Assembly: GCA_951406725.2 (NCBI GenBank)
Contig: OX597817.1
Location: forward strand, 94,302,001-94,366,000
From: Octopus vulgaris
Taxonomy: Eukaryota
Reading direction: 5' to 3'
Length of the DNA stretch: 64,000 nucleotides
Shown here: in pieces, positions 11,294 to 25,349 of the stretch
How positions within the stretch are numbered: the stretch's first letter is position 1
Layout: each line of letters starts with the position of its first letter
Program-made: the position numbers and the translations under genes
The notes under the pieces: model-generated
What the model saw: only the letters and a program-made list of their open reading frames with translations
Database searches by the model: none
What the model was told of the DNA's origin: nothing

Positions 11294-14200
11294 ATGGCTT
11301 CGCTTAACCTTGGTTGTTTAAATGTGCGTGGTCTGAGTTCGAAGTGGAAGCAGGCTTGTTTTCTCGACGACCTCAGATCACATGATATACATGTGATGGT
11401 TGCTACAGAGACCAAGCTGGACAGCCTACAAACCTTCTCGCCTCTCCTGAATGGCTACGAGAAAATCATGTCTCCTGGCCAGACCGAAGGGCGAGGGGGC
11501 GTAGTGGTACTGATCCGTAAAGACTTGGCTCTACAGACAAGTACAGTCTATGTAGACCCCGAAGGTGGGCTGGTCGTCCTTGATGTGACATACAGCAGTA
11601 AGGCCTTCAGGTTGATCGGACTCTATGCACCTTGTGCTAGAGGTTTCCAAACTGATTTTTATCGGCGCCTAGAGGGCTTTCTCGTGACGTCGAAGACTTT
11701 AGTGATATTAGGGGACTTTAATGCTATCGTTGACGTACACATCGATAGCGTTGGCTCGATCTATAGGAAAGTGAACTCACGTCTTGTGGATCTGCTTAAG
11801 CGGTTTCAGCTAGTAGATCGTTACAGACTTGACCATCCGAACGTCCCAGAGTGGACCTGGATGAGTGGCGACGGAAGGTTCAAGTCTTATCTAGACAGGA
11901 TAGTGATAAGAACTAGAGATAAGTCTAGTTTTAGTTGTCCACAGCTCGTCCAGGTGCCCTATACTGACCATAGAATGGTCACGTGTAGACTGGACATAGA
12001 TAGCACACTTAAGATAGGAACCGGCTACTGGAAGCTGAACAAGTCTATTTTGACACGCGAGGCATACCGTAGCCGGATTAAGGTGTTAGTGCAGAGGGCG
12101 TTAACCGGAGCCGTGGTTAATAACCGGTGGTGGTTCACCCTCAAAAGAGCCATTCGATTCGAGTCCATTAGATTTAGTAAACAACTAAGACTAGATAGGG
12201 CTAGAATAGAAGGGCAACTAGTTAAGAACTTAGAGGAGGCGTTGAGGTTGGACTCTGCATCTCACATTTTAGCGGCGAGAACGGCATTAGACCGTCACCT
12301 CACAACCAAACATGAGGGATGTAGAGTCCGGGCTAAAGTACGAGCATTGGGCCGTGAGGGAATTAATGTTGCCGGATGGGCCCGTACGATAGAAACACAG
12401 CGTGGAAACGATGCCACAATTGGGTCTCTTGTTGATGAAAACGGATGCACGATCAAGAAGCGGGACGAGATGTGTGAGGCACTTCACAAGCACTTCGCCG
12501 AGTTGTTCGGGAGGTGCGGGACGCTGGATCATGGTGAGGCCCTTAGGGACTTCCTGTCTGGTGGCCCGCGCCTCTCGACACGAGAGGCTGAGTGCTGTGA
12601 AGGGCCAATCACAGCCGAGGAAGTAATCGAGGTGTTGGGCAAGTGCCCCGGGGAGAAGTCGCCGGGTCTCGATGGTCTGCCCTATGAATTTTATAGAAGT
12701 ATGCCAGACTTGTTCGGGCACCTGCTGGCTAGCGTCTACGCCAACTGGCAGCAGAATGGGAGAATTCCCAAGTCTGCGAGCCGGGGGGCGGTGACGTTGA
12801 TCAGGAAGGACCCGAACAAGGGGGACGAGATAGGGAACTTCAGGCCCATAACTCTGTTAAACACAGAGTTAAAGATTCTGGCCAAGGTGCTAGCAAAAGG
12901 TTGGCGCGGGTCGTGGACAAACTTGTCGGGGAAGCGCAAACGTGCGCTATCCCCGGCAGAACGATCCACGACAATCTCCACCTTATACGCTACTCCTTAG
13001 AGAGGGTGGGGAAGCTTTCTGGCGCAGGGGGAGCACTGGTACATTTAGACCAGTCCAAAGCATTTGATAGGGTCGACCATCGGTACCTGGCGGCGGTCCT
13101 CGGAGAGGCTGGCCTAGGCCCGACCTTTCGAGGTTGGATCGCTGCTTTGTATAGCGACATCGAGTCTGTAGTCAAAGTGAACGGTTCCTTTTCGAAGCCG
13201 TTCAGGATCGAGCGTTCAGTTCGTCAAGGGGGTCCCCTGTCCTCTCTCCTATACGTATTGGCTCTTGAGCCTTTGCTGCGGAAGTTGGAGGCACTAGGGG
13301 GCGCGCCGCATGATCTATGGTGTGGAAGAGGAGCTACGGCGTATGCGGATGACACCTCCATCATCGTGGCAGACTAAGGCCAGCTTCCAGTCGTGGAAGA
13401 GGCCATCAAAAGCTACGAGGCGGTGGCAGGAGCAAAGGTTAACAAGGACAAGTCGGTCGGTTTGCAACTCGGCACCTGGAGGGGCAAGCCGATGCCGTCC
13501 AATAACGTCGTAGGGCGTTGGACGGAAGGTCCTGTTAAGCTGCTCGGAGTCTGGTTCGGGCCAGACCTCCAGATTGAGAAAAATTGGCGTGAGGTGGCCA
13601 ACAAGGTGACCGCTCTAACCCAGACCTGGTCTGGGCGGGCGTCATCCCTGCTAGGGAAGGCGGAGGTGGTGCAGATGTTTATAGCATCAGTAATCACCTA
13701 CCGTCTGACCGTGGTGCCTTGCCCCGATTTGTGGCTGAACAAGTTGGAGAGAATCCTTTTCCGATTTTTGTGGAAAGGAGGAAAGCCACTTGTAAAGCGC
13801 TCTGTCTGCTGCCAGAAACCGCTAAAGGGTGGGCTAGGGATGCCTTGGCTGAGGATGCGAAAACTCGCGTTAAGGTTGAGGCACCTCTGGCTTTACCTGG
13901 ATGGAGAGCAGGTGTGGTCACCGCACGTCCGGTTCTACCTTCCCCAGTTAACATCCCTAACGGACATCGGTGCATGGATCAAGCGGAGACCTAAACTGAG
14001 TGAATGGCATTTGGAGTGCCGTCAGGCGCTCCAGCTACTATCTCGGGTGGGCAACGCCGGCAACAGGAGTTCCACCACGGATTTCTATAGCGGGTTAGTG
14101 GAGATTAAGTCCGAAGACGCCTTGGGGGAGACCCTGGGCTACGATGAAAATCAGTTGGTCAACCTGTTCCGGAGGACGTTCGGGCCGGGGTATCTGGATA

Positions 14201-14694
14201 ATTACCAGAAATCCCTGGCCTGGCAGTGTTTCCGTGCGGCTTTACCTGTTCGCGACAAGCTGTCAAGGCACAGTAGTGCCGTCTCGCCGACATGCCCGCG
14301 ATGTGAGCAGGATAGGGAGACCGTCTTGCACGCATTCGTGGAGTGTCCGGAGTTATCGGGACTGATAGCTTTTGTTGAACAACTGTTGTCAGTGATGGGA
14401 AGAGTACAGCTATCAGCTGAGTCTATCATCGAGACTGTGCCGCCCCCTTTCCTTAACAGGGAAAGAAAGGCTTGTTTTTTCTGTGTAGTAGCCATACTGA
14501 AAGAAACAGTATGGAAGACGCGTACGAAAGGTATAGTGACAGGCACCTTTGTCTCCGGCCAGGGGTTGATTAACTTTTTTAGTTACCACCTCAGTAGCAA
14601 AATCAGGCTGGAGAAGAGGTGTCTGTCACGAGATATGTTTGCGAAAAGATGGAAGCCTGTGGCATACAAGATGGGTATGTTTGGCACCAGGTAA
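11294..14694 (+). pseudogene. LINE ORF2 (APE endonuclease + reverse transcriptase + C-terminal CCHC)
   Basis: LNVRGL, ATETKL, LGDFN, SYLDRI, TDH; KSPGLDGLPYEFY, NFRPITLLN, LDQSKAFDRV, VRQGGPLS, YADD (13342-13353); CPRC..ETVLHAFVEC; one frameshift near 12900 and one stop at 13375-13377. Confidence 0.95.
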
Positions 14695-14922
14695 GTGTGA
14701 CCGGATCAGAAAGTAAAGGTTCTACCCGGATGGCTGGGTGTCCGTCCTTCGACATGATCATTAATATTTTTAAACATTGCCTTCGTAAAATTCATTGTTT
14801 ATAATCTTATCCGTAAGTTCATTCGAAAATTGTAACTGTGTTAAGCTACTTCACCCTTTATATTTGTCTGTCCTTGTTTGTCCCCTCTTTGTAAATGCCT
14901 AAATGGCAAATTATATGAAATA

Positions 14923-15316
14923 AAGTAGCTTGCTAACCAACCACATAGTTCCGGGTTCAGTCCCACTGCGTGGCATCTTGGACAAGTATCTTCTACTATA
15001 GCCCCGGGCCGACCAAAGCCTTGTGAATGGATTTGGTAGACGGAAACTGAAAGAAGCCTGTCGTATATATGTATATATGTGTATGTATGTGTGTCTATAT
15101 GTTTGTGTGTCTGTGTTTGTCCCCAATAATTGCTTGACAACCGATGCTGGTGTGTTTACGTCCCCATCACTTAGCGTTTCGGCAATAGAGACCGATAGAA
15201 TAAGTACTGGTCTTACAAAGAATAAGTCCCGGGGTCGATTTGCTCGACTAAAGGCGGTGCTCCAGCATGGCCGCAGTCAAATGACTGAAACAAGTAAAAG
15301 AGTAAAGAGTAAAGAG
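14923..15316 (+). mobile_element. SINE family A, remainder (B-box, CORE-like body, microsatellite, gtaaaaga tail)
   Basis: Colinear with 44499-44908: gggttcagtccc, ggcatcttggacaagt, tgactgaaacaagtaaaagagtaaagag. Confidence 0.9.
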
Positions 15317-16531
15317 TTGTGTGGTGGGCTAATACGAAGGCTTGGGTAACCAGACAATTTCTTATTCCACTGATTCATGAAGTTTTTGCCCCGAGTGTTA
15401 AAAAAAATCTGCAAGAAAAAAACTTGCCACTAAAATGCCTTCTCGTGTTAGGCAATGCCCTCGTTCACCCTCCAGGTTTGGAAGATGACTTAGTTGAAGA
15501 ATTTAATTTTATTTAGGTCAAATACCTGCCACCTAATACAACTCCTCTAATACAACCGATGGGCCAACAGGTCGTTGCAAACTTTAAGAAACTTTACACA
15601 AAAGTCCTGTTTCGAAAGTGTTTTCAAGTCACTAATGACACTCAGTTAATTCTCAGAGAAATTTGGAAAAATCATTTCAATATCCTGAATTGTATTAATC
15701 TTATGGAACCAAGTGAGTTACAGAACCATGAATTCAGCATGCAGGAAAGTTGGCCAGACTGTACCAGAACGAGACTTTAGGGGTGGGTGTTGAGACAGCT
15801 ACAAGTACTGTTGCTGTCGAGGAAATTGCTATTGTTGATGATATTGTCTCTATGGGAGAAACTATGGGGTTGGATATCGACAGTGAAGATATTGAAGAAC
15901 TGTTGGAAGACCACCGTGCTGCGCTTACCACCGAAGAGCTCGTATACCTTCAAAACTTTAGCTGAGGAAATTTCTTCTGAGGCGGAGAAAGAAGGAAAGG
16001 AGGATGTTCCAAATTCTTTAATCAAAGAAATTTGTGCCAATTGGGATGATGTGCAAAGTTTTGTGGGAAAATATTACCCTGAAACAGTGATAGCAAATAG
16101 AACAGTAAATCTTTTCAATGGCAAATGTCATGTCTCATTTTAGAAAACCTTTACAATGCAGGCAAAAACAACTAATATTGGACAGGTTTTTACTGAAAGA
16201 AAAAAGAAAAGAAACCTCAGAAAAAGATGTTCCTGAGCCAAAGAGACAGAGAAGGGAAGAAACCCCCGAAAAACAGTTACCAGTAGTTTTTATAGAAGGG
16301 GACTCCCCTTCTAAGAAATAACACGCTTTTGTGTGTTATTTACAGTTTGAATACACGTTTTATACTAAAATATGTAGTGTAATCATGTAACTGAGCATTC
16401 ATCTGGTGTTTGGAAACGAATTAATCTCTTTTACGTCAATTGTAATGGGAAAAAATGATTCGGTTCTTGAGCAATTCTGTTTTAGAACAGACTTTCAGAG
16501 CAGATTATGGTCGAGAACCGAGGCTGCTCTG
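15317..16531 (+). mobile_element. Tigger/pogo transposon, 3' part with terminal-repeat remnant
   Basis: WANTKAWVTRQ, KCLLVLGNALVHPPGL, YLPPNTTPLIQPMGQQVVANFKKLY, EDIEELLEDH, VFIEGDSPSKK*; terminus gagaaccgaggctgctctg resembles a Tigger 3' TIR. Confidence 0.85.
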
Positions 16532-16619
16532 TGTGTAATATTTGTATATTACACACACACACACACACACACATACACATATATATATATATATGTGTGT
16601 GTGTGTGTATGTGTGTGTG

Positions 16620-16790
16620 TGCAAGCGATGGAATGGCTGTGTGGTAAGAAACTTGCTTCCCAGCCACATGGTTCCGGGTTCATTCCCACTGCGGTACACC
16701 TTGCGCAAGTGACTACTACTATAGCCTCGGGCCGACCAAAGCCTTGTGACTGGATTTGATAGACGGAAACTGAAAGAAGCTTGTAATATG
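16620..16790 (+). mobile_element. SINE family A, 5' half
   Basis: atggctgtgtggtaag...ccacatggttccgggttc...gacggaaactgaaagaagc. Confidence 0.8.
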
Positions 16791-16864
<74 letters not shown>

Positions 16865-17101
16865 TGTTTGCACACGCGTGTTCGTAGTTCATGCACATAT
16901 GAACACAGAACAGGAAAGAGATTAACAAATCAGTAAAGCAAGCAGAAAGCTACAAATGAATAAAGGAGAGAAAAATATTTCTTCATACGTTTTGTGTATG
17001 TGTGTATAAATATACGTGAGTAAATATGTGTGCTTGAATGTGTTTAGAGAATAAGAAACCAAGAGAAAGAAAGAGAGAGAGAGAGTGTGTGAGTGAGTGA
17101 G

Positions 17102-17152
<51 letters not shown>

Positions 17153-17525
17153 TTCGATACGAAATACAATTCAGAAGAAAAAAAGTCGTAAGTTTTAAGA
17201 GATGGACAGTGCGATAAATAAAGAATGGAGAAGAGATGGAGATTGGCGATGAGAAGATAAAAATGTGAGTAATAAATGAAAGAGATGATGCTAAAGAGAG
17301 AAGAGTGGAAGATTTTGTTACAAAACAGCGAAACATGTAAATGTTGAAATTCTGATAATTAAACTGAATTTGTCATCTGCGACGTCGGACAAAATATATA
17401 CACACACATAGATACATACATACATACATACATACATACATACATACATACATGCATATATACATACACACATACATACACGCATACATGCATACATATA
17501 TGCATACATATATTGTCTATGTGGA

Positions 17526-17560
<35 letters not shown>

Positions 17561-17588
17561 CTATATAGTGAGACAGAGATAGAGACAG

Positions 17589-17623
<35 letters not shown>

Positions 17624-17998
17624 CAACAGCATATACACACATATACATGTTTATGTATGAGTAGGTATTTAGATGTTTCTTTTAGTAATTATGTATGTAT
17701 TCCTAATACTTGCACATACATATGTAACGTATATGTGTAATTTATGTGATGAGTGTATACATACACACATGTGTGTGTGTGTCTGCGTATACATGTATAT
17801 GTGTGCGTGCATGTATGTGTATGTCTTGAAGAAATGAATAGTATTAATTCAAGTAATTCTTGGGGATTATTTTCCAGAGTCTATATGTCATCATTTGTTT
17901 GAATCAGATTCAGACTAAAGCTTCTTATTGATCCGATTGTCTGCTTCTTTTGAGTATATACGTATATGTATCTCCCCGCCTCTCTCACTCTCTTCCTC

Positions 17999-18069
<71 letters not shown>

Positions 18070-18994
18070 GTCTGTCTGTCTGTCTCCCTAGACACACACG
18101 CACTCACAGACACACACACAAACACACACGCATACATATATGCACATACACACATATTTGCATATAAACGTACTCACGCCGAAGCCCACATATACATATG
18201 TAAGTAAATACATTATATGTGTATGTGTGTGCCTAATACTCACGCACATATTCAGACAGCCTTTAACGACTTGAGTAAAATATGTTTTCTGAAACAACTT
18301 ATACTTCTAAAGAAGAATATCTATCATTCCCATGAGACATTGTTGCATTCAAACTAATCAAAGAACTATGCGTATTTCTTTATTTTTAATGTAGCCACGT
18401 AATATTCTGGCGTTCTATTTTTTCATCATGTCTAAACGTAGTACTGTGGTTATTATATCGTTCTTGACTTTTCCTTCTACCATGCCTATATACTGTTGTT
18501 GGTCAGTACTGGTCTAGTTGATATAACTTCAGCTCCATATACTACTGCTTGTACGTTGAAGGGTATGTTTAGTTTAGTTTAGAAGGGTGTGCAAGTTTCT
18601 GAAATTGTATGAGATCTCTCTGGAGTTCATTAAGTTATGAAGACTTGTCCTTCTCGTTATTTGAGCTGTAACTGGTTTTTCAGTTATTTCGCTTGATTAT
18701 TTTTCCGTTCAAGTGATTTTTGAGGAAATGTTTATCTTTAACGTACAACTGTTTTGCCCTATATCACACTTGACAGCAACTGAGAAATGAGCTGCAGACC
18801 ATATAATTTTACACCTTCTATTTGTCTTTTGTTATAGTGAGGACTTCGCAATTATGCGATCTTTTCGAATCCATTCGCTTCTCTGGAACTGTGTTATAGT
18901 ATGACATCGCCTGACGGAATAGACCTTCATGAGATGAAAGTAAGATTTTCTGCTGATATTACTCACTGGGCTTTTAAAATAACATCGGCAGGTA

Positions 18995-19200
18995 GCAAGA
19001 ATCTTTGACTACCAGTGTTGGTATGTTTACATCCCCATAACTTAGGGGTGCGGCCAAAGGAACCGATAAAATAAATACCATGCTTTTAACAAAAATAATT
19101 ACCAGGGTCGATCCTTTCGACCAAGATTCTTCAAGGCGGTGCCCCACATGACTGCAGTCTACTGACTGAAACAAATAAAAGATAAAAAATAAAGATATAA
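18995..19200 (+). mobile_element. SINE family A, diverged 3' half
   Basis: ccgataaaataaatacc...ggggtcgat-like segment...aaggcggtgccccacatg...tgactgaaacaaataaaaga. Confidence 0.65.
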
Positions 19201-20086
19201 AGCCAAAAGATGAGAGCTAGAGATGCCCAGTATAGGAAATACGTAGTCGTGCTCAAATGATTTGAACTTGCAGTCCGAAATCTTTATCATGACTAGGTCC
19301 ACAGAGTAAAGAGGGGCCATAAGAGAAGCCAAGGGAGCTGATATGGAAACAGTGATGCATTGGTTAAAATTCGAAGAATTAAACTACGTTAAACTTACAA
19401 ATTACAAATTTATCAAAAAAGCCAAGTGAAAATAATGTTTTCTTTTGACACATTCTACCAGTATACGAATTTTCAAATTGTTTAGTTAACTAGAAATTGG
19501 GTTGAATTCTGTCTATCTAAAGGAAAAGATCCGACTCTTGTCCTCAGTTATTAAGTAATATGCCTACTCACATTAAATGATAGATTTTTCTCCAAAGTGA
19601 ATAAATATTAGATTTATAATTTCTACTTTAATACAACGTATCAATATAATCAACACCTACCAGATAAATGTGGAGCTGATGTGTGTGGGTGTATAGGAAT
19701 CTCTGTAATTCTCTTTAACTTTTTTCTTGGGTATATAGGTGGTCATTATAACCATTTGACATTGACCTAATTTTCTTGGTACGAGATCTGTTTGCCAAAT
19801 AGTAGTAAATAGCTCCTAGGGCATTATAACTCCCTCTCCACTTTTATTTCTTAATGAATAATTTCTGACATTTACTTAACCCCATTTCTATAAATAGAAA
19901 ACCCCTTTTGTCTCCTTCAACTGAATGTGCCTCACAACCTTCTAGCAGTTCAAAATAACTTAAAGAACTCTTCAGTCATAAGATAAGCTCTAAGACCTCA
20001 ACGTTCTTAAAATTCAAATCAGCATCTTTGTCTATATATCTACCTTCTCTATAATGTTATCAATTAATATGACAATTATGTATTAA

Positions 20087-20170
20087 TGGCTGATGATTGC
20101 TCAACATTTTAAAACTGTTGTAATATTTACAATATTTAATAAAATGATGTAGCGTGAAACGATCGTACCA
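20087..20170 (+). ncRNA. Minimal type I hammerhead ribozyme motif in a Penelope-like pLTR
   Basis: tgg-CTGATGA-ttgct..catttta/taaaatg..agcgt-GAA-ACGATCGT-A-cca; lies upstream of a (TA)n array. Confidence 0.7.
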
Positions 20171-20300
20171 AATTACCGGAGATATTCTTGTTGCTTATTT
20201 TGATTATAATCACCCCATGGACTTATATGGATAACACCATACAAAGTTCTGGTGTATCTAACTTAAGTACCATATTCATCTGAATCTAAATTTTGCTGAA

Positions 20301-20446
<146 letters not shown>

Positions 20447-20632
20447 CCTCGACAGATTCAGCCATCCCTGCTGTATTTTTGGGATATTCTTTTGTTTGTA
20501 AAATTAGGTTTCATCTGATGTTTACTGGTTTTTTTTGTAATGGAGTAATGTTCTCACTCTTCTATTAAAAAGATGCGTAAGAAACACCTGTAATGAGCTG
20601 ACAAGTATCCATCGTATGTTATTATTCCTTTG

Positions 20633-20666
<34 letters not shown>

Positions 20667-20957
20667 TTAAAATTAATAATAAAAGGGTAAAATTAATTAA
20701 TTTAATTAATAATTAATCAATCAATTAATTAATAATTTTACCAAGTAGATCGGTACGTTAAAATATTCTTTATAGGTAAAATTATACAAATATTCTATAA
20801 TTATAAACATTATTATAATCAGGGGTCAGCTAATTGGTTCACCACATACCGAATTTAGAAATAGGAGTTCAAAATTCCGTAAGAATCTCTCAGACAGTAA
20901 CACACTTTTTTACGTAGGCAAAGAAAAAAATAATGAATCAACACGACTTCGATTAGT

Positions 20958-21014
20958 CACAGACGCGTTTCGAGATTAAAGTATTTAATTTACTTACTTC
21001 CCGTCATCAGTGTA
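20958..21014 (-). ncRNA. Minimal hammerhead ribozyme-like motif
   Basis: taca-CTGATGA-cggga..tctc-GAA-ACGCGT-C-tgtg; stem II register imperfect. Confidence 0.6.
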
Positions 21015-21741
21015 GCGTTTCCATTATAAAATTTGAAAGTGCTAGGGTTAAATACGCATGCGATCGAATGACATCGTGCAACAGATACCCAACCAACACT
21101 TCCAAAATGTACACAGCCGAATGTGAATACATATTTATTCCCTGTACCCATGTATATCTCGTTTTTCTGGTTCAAATCTGTGTAATGCAGAAAACTGTTA
21201 CAAACACCCAAGTAACCAGACGACTGTATTGTAGTTGATTAGGTTCAGACCAACCCTGGTTCTGATGAAAAGTATTCCAAATATGTTCATCATATTTTCT
21301 TCCAATTTTAAAATGGTAAGGTGTGGTTTTTGAACAAGATTCAACTGCTAACATTAATAGGTGGAGCAGTTTTGTAGAAGCTCCATCAAGCCGGGTGGTG
21401 TATAAATAAGTTCTACCATCTATACAGCCACATCAGATATCATAGACACAGTAGCTTCTAACACTAAAATCTTCAGTAATTTTCATGAAGGAACAGTTTT
21501 CTTAGCTCTCCAGTGGGCTTTATCGATTTAGCTGACCGACTAATAAAGCTAAGTAGGAACAGATAAGTGGTGTGTGAAATCTAGATTAAGCTAGATTAGG
21601 TAACCCAGATACTCTTTAGTAATTGAGTAGTGAATATCAATGTCGTAGCCTTTGTTGTTTTTGTTGTTGTTGATGATGGTATTGGCGACGATGTTGCTAA
21701 TGGCGGCGGTGGTGTTAATGTTAAAATGCACACATATGTAC

Positions 21742-21801
<60 letters not shown>

Positions 21802-22118
21802 GGGTATGATTATATGATACACATACACACAAATTAATATATATATGTATGTATACGTATACATATACATGTATATATATGTATATATACACATACATGT
21901 ACGCGTATATGCATGCATTTGTATATGTATGTAGGAATAGATGAGTGTGTATGTATTTGTGCATACCTATAGGCATATAAATACTTTTATAAAATAAGAT
22001 ATATATATGTATCCTTCACACTGTAATGTATACATACATACATATATATATAATCTATAACTATAAATATATCTATAAAAGAGAGTTTGTATGCGTGTGC
22101 CTGTGTGTGTGTGTGTGT

Positions 22119-22149
<31 letters not shown>

Positions 22150-23236
22150 CGTATGTTCCTTATGCATTCCAAAACCGAGTTGACGTATTGGGTATCAAAA
22201 GATTCAGTAGACTTTTGGCTACCAACTAAACTATATTTTCATTCATATATTTGTAATACAAAAATTTAACATTGTCATTTTTCTTTTAGTCACCTATCGT
22301 AAACGACATTTTTATCACCACTACAACGACGATGACGTCACAATTTGTATATGAGTGTGTTCGCGCGTTCGTTACCTACGTTAGTCCGATGACTGACAAG
22401 TATATGTGTGTGACCGTGTATGTGTCTGTCAGTATACATACATTTATGTGACTACTGACACATACAGTGACAGAAATAGGCTTCGGGTGTGCGTTAATGT
22501 ATGTGGGGGCTGTTTTAGTTTATGTATGTAACTTTCTTCCACCCAACAGTGAAACGCGCCGATATTGAAAGTTTCATTGGGGTCTAGACATTAAACGAGC
22601 AACAACGTTCACTTTGAAGTATTACCAACATGAAGATTTGGCTGATTTTAACACCACTCACAATACTCGCAAATATATCTCACAAAAATTGTTATTCTGT
22701 TTATTATAATAAATTCGGAAACTTGGCAAAGTAGAAAGCCTCGTCGGCTCTTTTAATATAATTGCAGATATGTTATTCCACTCCTTTTAATCAGTTTCAA
22801 GATAATTTTTAACAATTCTCCTAAGCTTCTTCATCACTCTGAGTATCAACGTCGTACAAGCTTTTTACTGCGTTAGTATTATTCTACAGCCTATAACGTT
22901 ATACAGTTAAAATATGTAAAATAAATTATTTTTGTGTGAAAAATTGAATTATGCCTTCTGAACTGTCTTGGACTTTCTTCACCGTGATATTCAATCGTGA
23001 ATTTTACAACATTTAGTACATGTTCCAAATAAATGTTGGCTTCCTGTACTTTGTTATATACTGGTGACGCATAATGACTTTTGCTAATTTGGTGACTTTC
23101 CATCTTTTTTTATAGCATAACTATGCAACAGAAAGTATGTTTTGCACCTATATTGACTACATTTCGTTTAGCTTGAACTTCGTATGTGTACATTTTGTTG
23201 TTTTCAATATTATCAATTCTATGAGTGTGTGTGTGC

Positions 23237-23298
<62 letters not shown>

Positions 23299-23744
23299 CT
23301 GTGTTCCTTACGTCGATAGTAAACTAGAGTAAAGAACATTTTACCATGTTTTAATGAGCGCACATTACGAGTAACGATGTGTGAATAATGAAAGTAAATG
23401 TTTCTCCGAATTAGTCACATCTATTATCTATCTACCAAATAAACTATGTTTTTGACTCAACAACACTTTTTACAACTAAAATAACCTCTGCAATTAGGTT
23501 GGGTCGCACAATTTTGAGGTCATATTAAGACAATATTCTGATTTGCTTCCAATGTTTCATTTTCGTCCGATTTTTCACGCATGCGTAGAAATATACTTAA
23601 ACATTTATGAAAATGTACGCATAAATATTGTATTAAAATATGCCACAACCAAAACAATTGCATTAAAAGACATCCATTTTTCTATATGTTATAAGAAAAT
23701 ACAGTCACACACACACACACACACACACACTCTCTCTCTCTTTC

Positions 23745-23775
<31 letters not shown>

Positions 23776-24084
23776 CCTCTCTTTCCCTCTCTCACACAAA
23801 AAAAGATGTATGCATATGTATTTATGAGCGAAGGTAAAGAATACGCACTCCCGGTGTTTAGAGTTAGAGTTTGTGTATTCTTTACCTCCGCTATGTACGT
23901 GTGTATGAAAGATAATGTTTTGTGTGTGTGTGTAAGTGTTTGGGTGTGTGTATGTGTTTGTGTGTGTGTGTATGTGTGTGTAAGAGAGTGAGTGAGTACC
24001 ACATACATGCAAAAAAATTCATACATCACAACACACACCTTCACTCTTTCTTTCTGTCTATCTCTCACACACATGTCTATTTCA

Positions 24085-25084
24085 TGTATACTGGAGAATA
24101 ATGTAGATGAGGAATTTTTTCCCAACCAAGCTCTTCGATCTTCTGTGATGTGAGCTTTGCAGTGTGGGATCGCGCATCACCCTGATGAAACATCACTCCT
24201 TTTCGATTCACTAAAGCGGGGTTTTGTTTCTTCAAAGCTTGGCTCAAACGCACTAATTGCTGACAGTAGACTTGAACATTGATGTGGTAACAATTCAAAG
24301 GGAATTACTCCTTTGCAATCCCACCAGATAGAGAGAAGAACCTTTTTTCTATGAAGTTCCCTTCTCGGTTATGGTTGAGCTTTTTCCCTTTTACCAAGCC
24401 ACTGTTTACGACGTTTAACATTTCGATAGAAGGTCCATTTATCGTCAACAGTCACAAGTCTATCCAAAATGGGTGAAATGAGTTCGCGAGAATGGAGAGA
24501 AGAGCAGAGGTCCACTGGAGATTTTGCGGTTGCTTTTGGACAATTCATGAAGCACCGATTTTCCAAGTTTAGGAACATTTCCAAGTTGTTGAAGATGACG
24601 ATGAACAGTTGTATGGTTTGAGCTAAGCTTTGTTGCCAATTCTTCAACTGATAATGCAGGATTTTCTTCAAGTAATGCCTCAAGGAGCTTATCATCAAAC
24701 TCAACTGGACGTCCTGTTCGATCTTCGTCATCAAGGCTGAAATCTCCACTTCTGAATTTTGCAAACCATCTGCAAGTTCTTTCATTCAAGTATTCTTTCC
24801 CATAAACTGAGTTTATGTTTCGGGTCGCTTCGGCTGCAGAGTTTCCTTTTTTGTACTCATAAAGCATTATGTGCCTTAAATGCTCTTTGGATACTTCCAT
24901 ATTAGAAAGGGTTTTAATCAAAGAAATTTTAATTCTATTATTCTGTAGAATAATACTTAATTAGTTTAAATGTACGCAAATGCTTAAAAATAATATTTAA
25001 TTCCATTATACATTCTAAAATACTATTAAATTTTATTCAATTTTAAAAAAGGTAAAGTCGGACAGAACTTATGGGATGACTTGA
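24085..25084 (-). mobile_element. Mariner (Tc1/mariner) transposon, 3'-truncated, frameshifted
   Basis: MEVSKEHLRHIMLYEYKKG, WFAKFRSGDFSLDDEDRTGRP, LVTVDDKW, FHQGDARSHTA, HLHYSP; putative 5' TIR tcaagtcatcccataagttctgtccg next to TA at 25085-25086. Confidence 0.9.
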
Positions 25085-25130
25085 TATATGTATATGTATG
25101 TATATATACATATAAGCACGTGACATACAA

Positions 25131-25165
<35 letters not shown>

Positions 25166-25184
25166 ATATGCATAGCTAGCTAGT

Positions 25185-25246
<62 letters not shown>

Positions 25247-25349
25247 TATAGATAGCTAGCTAGATAGATAGATAGAAATGTTTTACGGAGGCATCCTTAA
25301 CTGAGGGCGTATTGAAAATAAGGTACTATTGCGAGAATATGCGCTAAAA

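Larger units (their letters stand above)
9767..14922 (+). mobile_element. Full-length L1/Tx1-type LINE (5'UTR, ORF1, ORF2, 3'UTR)
   Basis: 16-bp TSD aagtagcttgctaacc at 9751-9766 and 14923-14938; two-ORF layout; GC-rich relative to flanks; AATAAA at the 3' junction; only a few disabling mutations. Confidence 0.93.
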
